This document shows positions 62,700-64,000 of a DNA stretch of 64,000 nucleotides, piece after piece. The notes beneath the pieces were generated by a model. It was not told the origin of the DNA. It worked only from the letters and a program-made list of their open reading frames with translations, and did no database searches. The stretch is from Camelus ferus (taxonomy: Eukaryota). Location: NCBI RefSeq assembly GCF_009834535.1, contig NC_045697.1:84446001-84510000 (forward strand). The letters run 5' to 3'. The position numbers and the translations under genes are program-made. How positions within the stretch are numbered: position 1 is the stretch's first letter; each line of letters begins with the position of its first letter.

Positions 62700-63229
62700 T
62701 TATATTATTGAGCATTGTTTGACTACTCAATAATAATTCCTGCACCCCTCCTCCTTCCTCATTTCTAATACGGATTTTTATTCAGGTAATTTAACTTTTT
62801 TCACATGGCCATATGTTTTCCTAATCCAATTATGATAATCCCATTTTCTTGGCTGTTAACATTTTAGTAATAGGCATGATGCATTTCTGGTCAGTCAGTG
62901 CAAGAAGTGAAATCTTCTGGGGAACTTAGGGAAAATTTTTGCCACAATTAAAAAGAGACACACGAAAGACCTTATTTTTACTGGATGTTACCCTGTCTGG
63001 TTATGATATAAGGTAGTTAGCCTAAGGGCAAGCCTACATCCTGAAGAGTGCAGTATGGAAAGATGGGAAGGATTGTTAGTCCTTGATGATGTTAGGGCAT
63101 TGAATTGAGCAACCCTGAAGCTGCCTCACCTCAGAATTTCTTAATATGAAATAATAAATTTCGTAAGACTTCAGCTAGTTAGGCTGAGATTTTCTGTTTC
63201 TTGTGGAGGAAATCTTTCTGACTAATACA
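62700..63229 (+). mobile_element. MaLR solo LTR (MLT1I/J-like)
   Basis: GGATTTTTATTCAGG..GAAGTGAAATCTTCTGGGG..GTCCTTGATGATG..CAACCCTGAAGCTGCC..TTTTCTGTTTCTTG..CTGACTAATACA. Confidence 0.75.
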
Positions 63230-63842
63230 CTGGAGAAATACTTCATTAGTGCATGATTTATAGTTAAGTAGAAAGGTCTTTATCTTAGTCTGGCCCACAA
63301 AACAAATTATCCTAGAAAGGAGAGAGAAACTGAATGATGATAGAAAGATAAAATAAAATCAAAAAGGTAAAAATAAAAGTATTTATAAATATGTGGAAGT
63401 AGCCTAGACCAGGAGTCAGAACCTATTCTAACAAATTCATTCAGGTTAAAAATTTTATATGTAAATGTTTCTTCTAAGATTGCTTAAATAGTATGTGTAG
63501 ATTGTGCTTCTGATGAACTTGAAGTACTTTCATGTTTCTTAAATTGCTAAACCTAAATTATTAATGTTAATTCAACCAAGCCCTCTTACCTATCAGTCAT
63601 TAGTGACAGATCTCTATTGAACTCAGCTTCAATAGAATTTGAACATTAATTAAAGGCTTCTATGAACTAAGTTCTTTTATGAAACTGGTTTGTTTAAAAT
63701 CTCAGTTTAGCACAAGGTTTGCATATCAAATAAAAAGACTTGAACCCTGACTGCATATTTAGAAATGTTTAACATGGTTGGCTCAGATTTAGGGCCAAAG
63801 AGTTCTTCATTGTGATCACTTTCTCAGTCCTTCAGAGGCAGG

Positions 63843-63889
63843 TGTGTGTGTGTGTGTGCATATAATGTGTGTATATATATATATATATA
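63843..63889. repeat. (TG)n / (TA)n microsatellite
   Basis: Directly visible. Confidence 0.9.
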
Positions 63890-64000
63890 ACCTATTGATA
63901 GGTACATAGATCTGTATATTTACCTACTTCAGCTTCTCTGTGCTACGTTCTATTTTGCTTATGAAAGATGATGTAGTACACCATCACGTGATTTGACAGA

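Noticed and set aside
1..64000. Prokaryote-type systems (CRISPR arrays, operons, defence or retron loci), rRNA genes
   Set aside because: The sequence is repeat-rich mammalian DNA. There is no regularly spaced repeat-spacer array and no long intact ORF.

Overview
This window is AT-rich mammalian genomic DNA, most likely camelid (alpaca, llama or camel): it contains a tRNA-derived SINE resembling the camelid vic-1 family at 27982-28107. About half of the window is interspersed repeats. These include young 5'-truncated LINE-1 copies with readable target-site duplications (TSDs), older L1M, L2 and MIR fossils, MaLR, ERVL and ERV1-type solo LTRs, hAT and Tigger DNA-transposon relics, and microsatellites. 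Almost every ORF in the supplied track is a broken L1 or L2 fragment or chance. No complete protein-coding gene, RNA gene, CRISPR array or prokaryote-type system is visible. The only clear gene-related feature is a GC/CpG-rich promoter-like island at about 57.05-58.25 kb. It has good splice donors on both strands and a plausible + strand start-codon exon at 59391-59679; I could not name the gene. The most unusual observations are: (1) a MULE/Mutator-type DNA transposon with repeat-built TIRs inserted into an L1MA9-like LINE, part of a multi-layer nest at 23.8-27.4 kb; (2) a fossil R4/Dong-clade endonuclease fragment at about 4 kb; (3) a probable L1 3' transduction; (4) a local inverted duplication inside an L2; (5) overlapping sense and antisense exon candidates with hairpins at 17.2-17.3 kb. 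All family names come from visual recognition, not database searches, and repeat boundaries are approximate unless TSDs are quoted.
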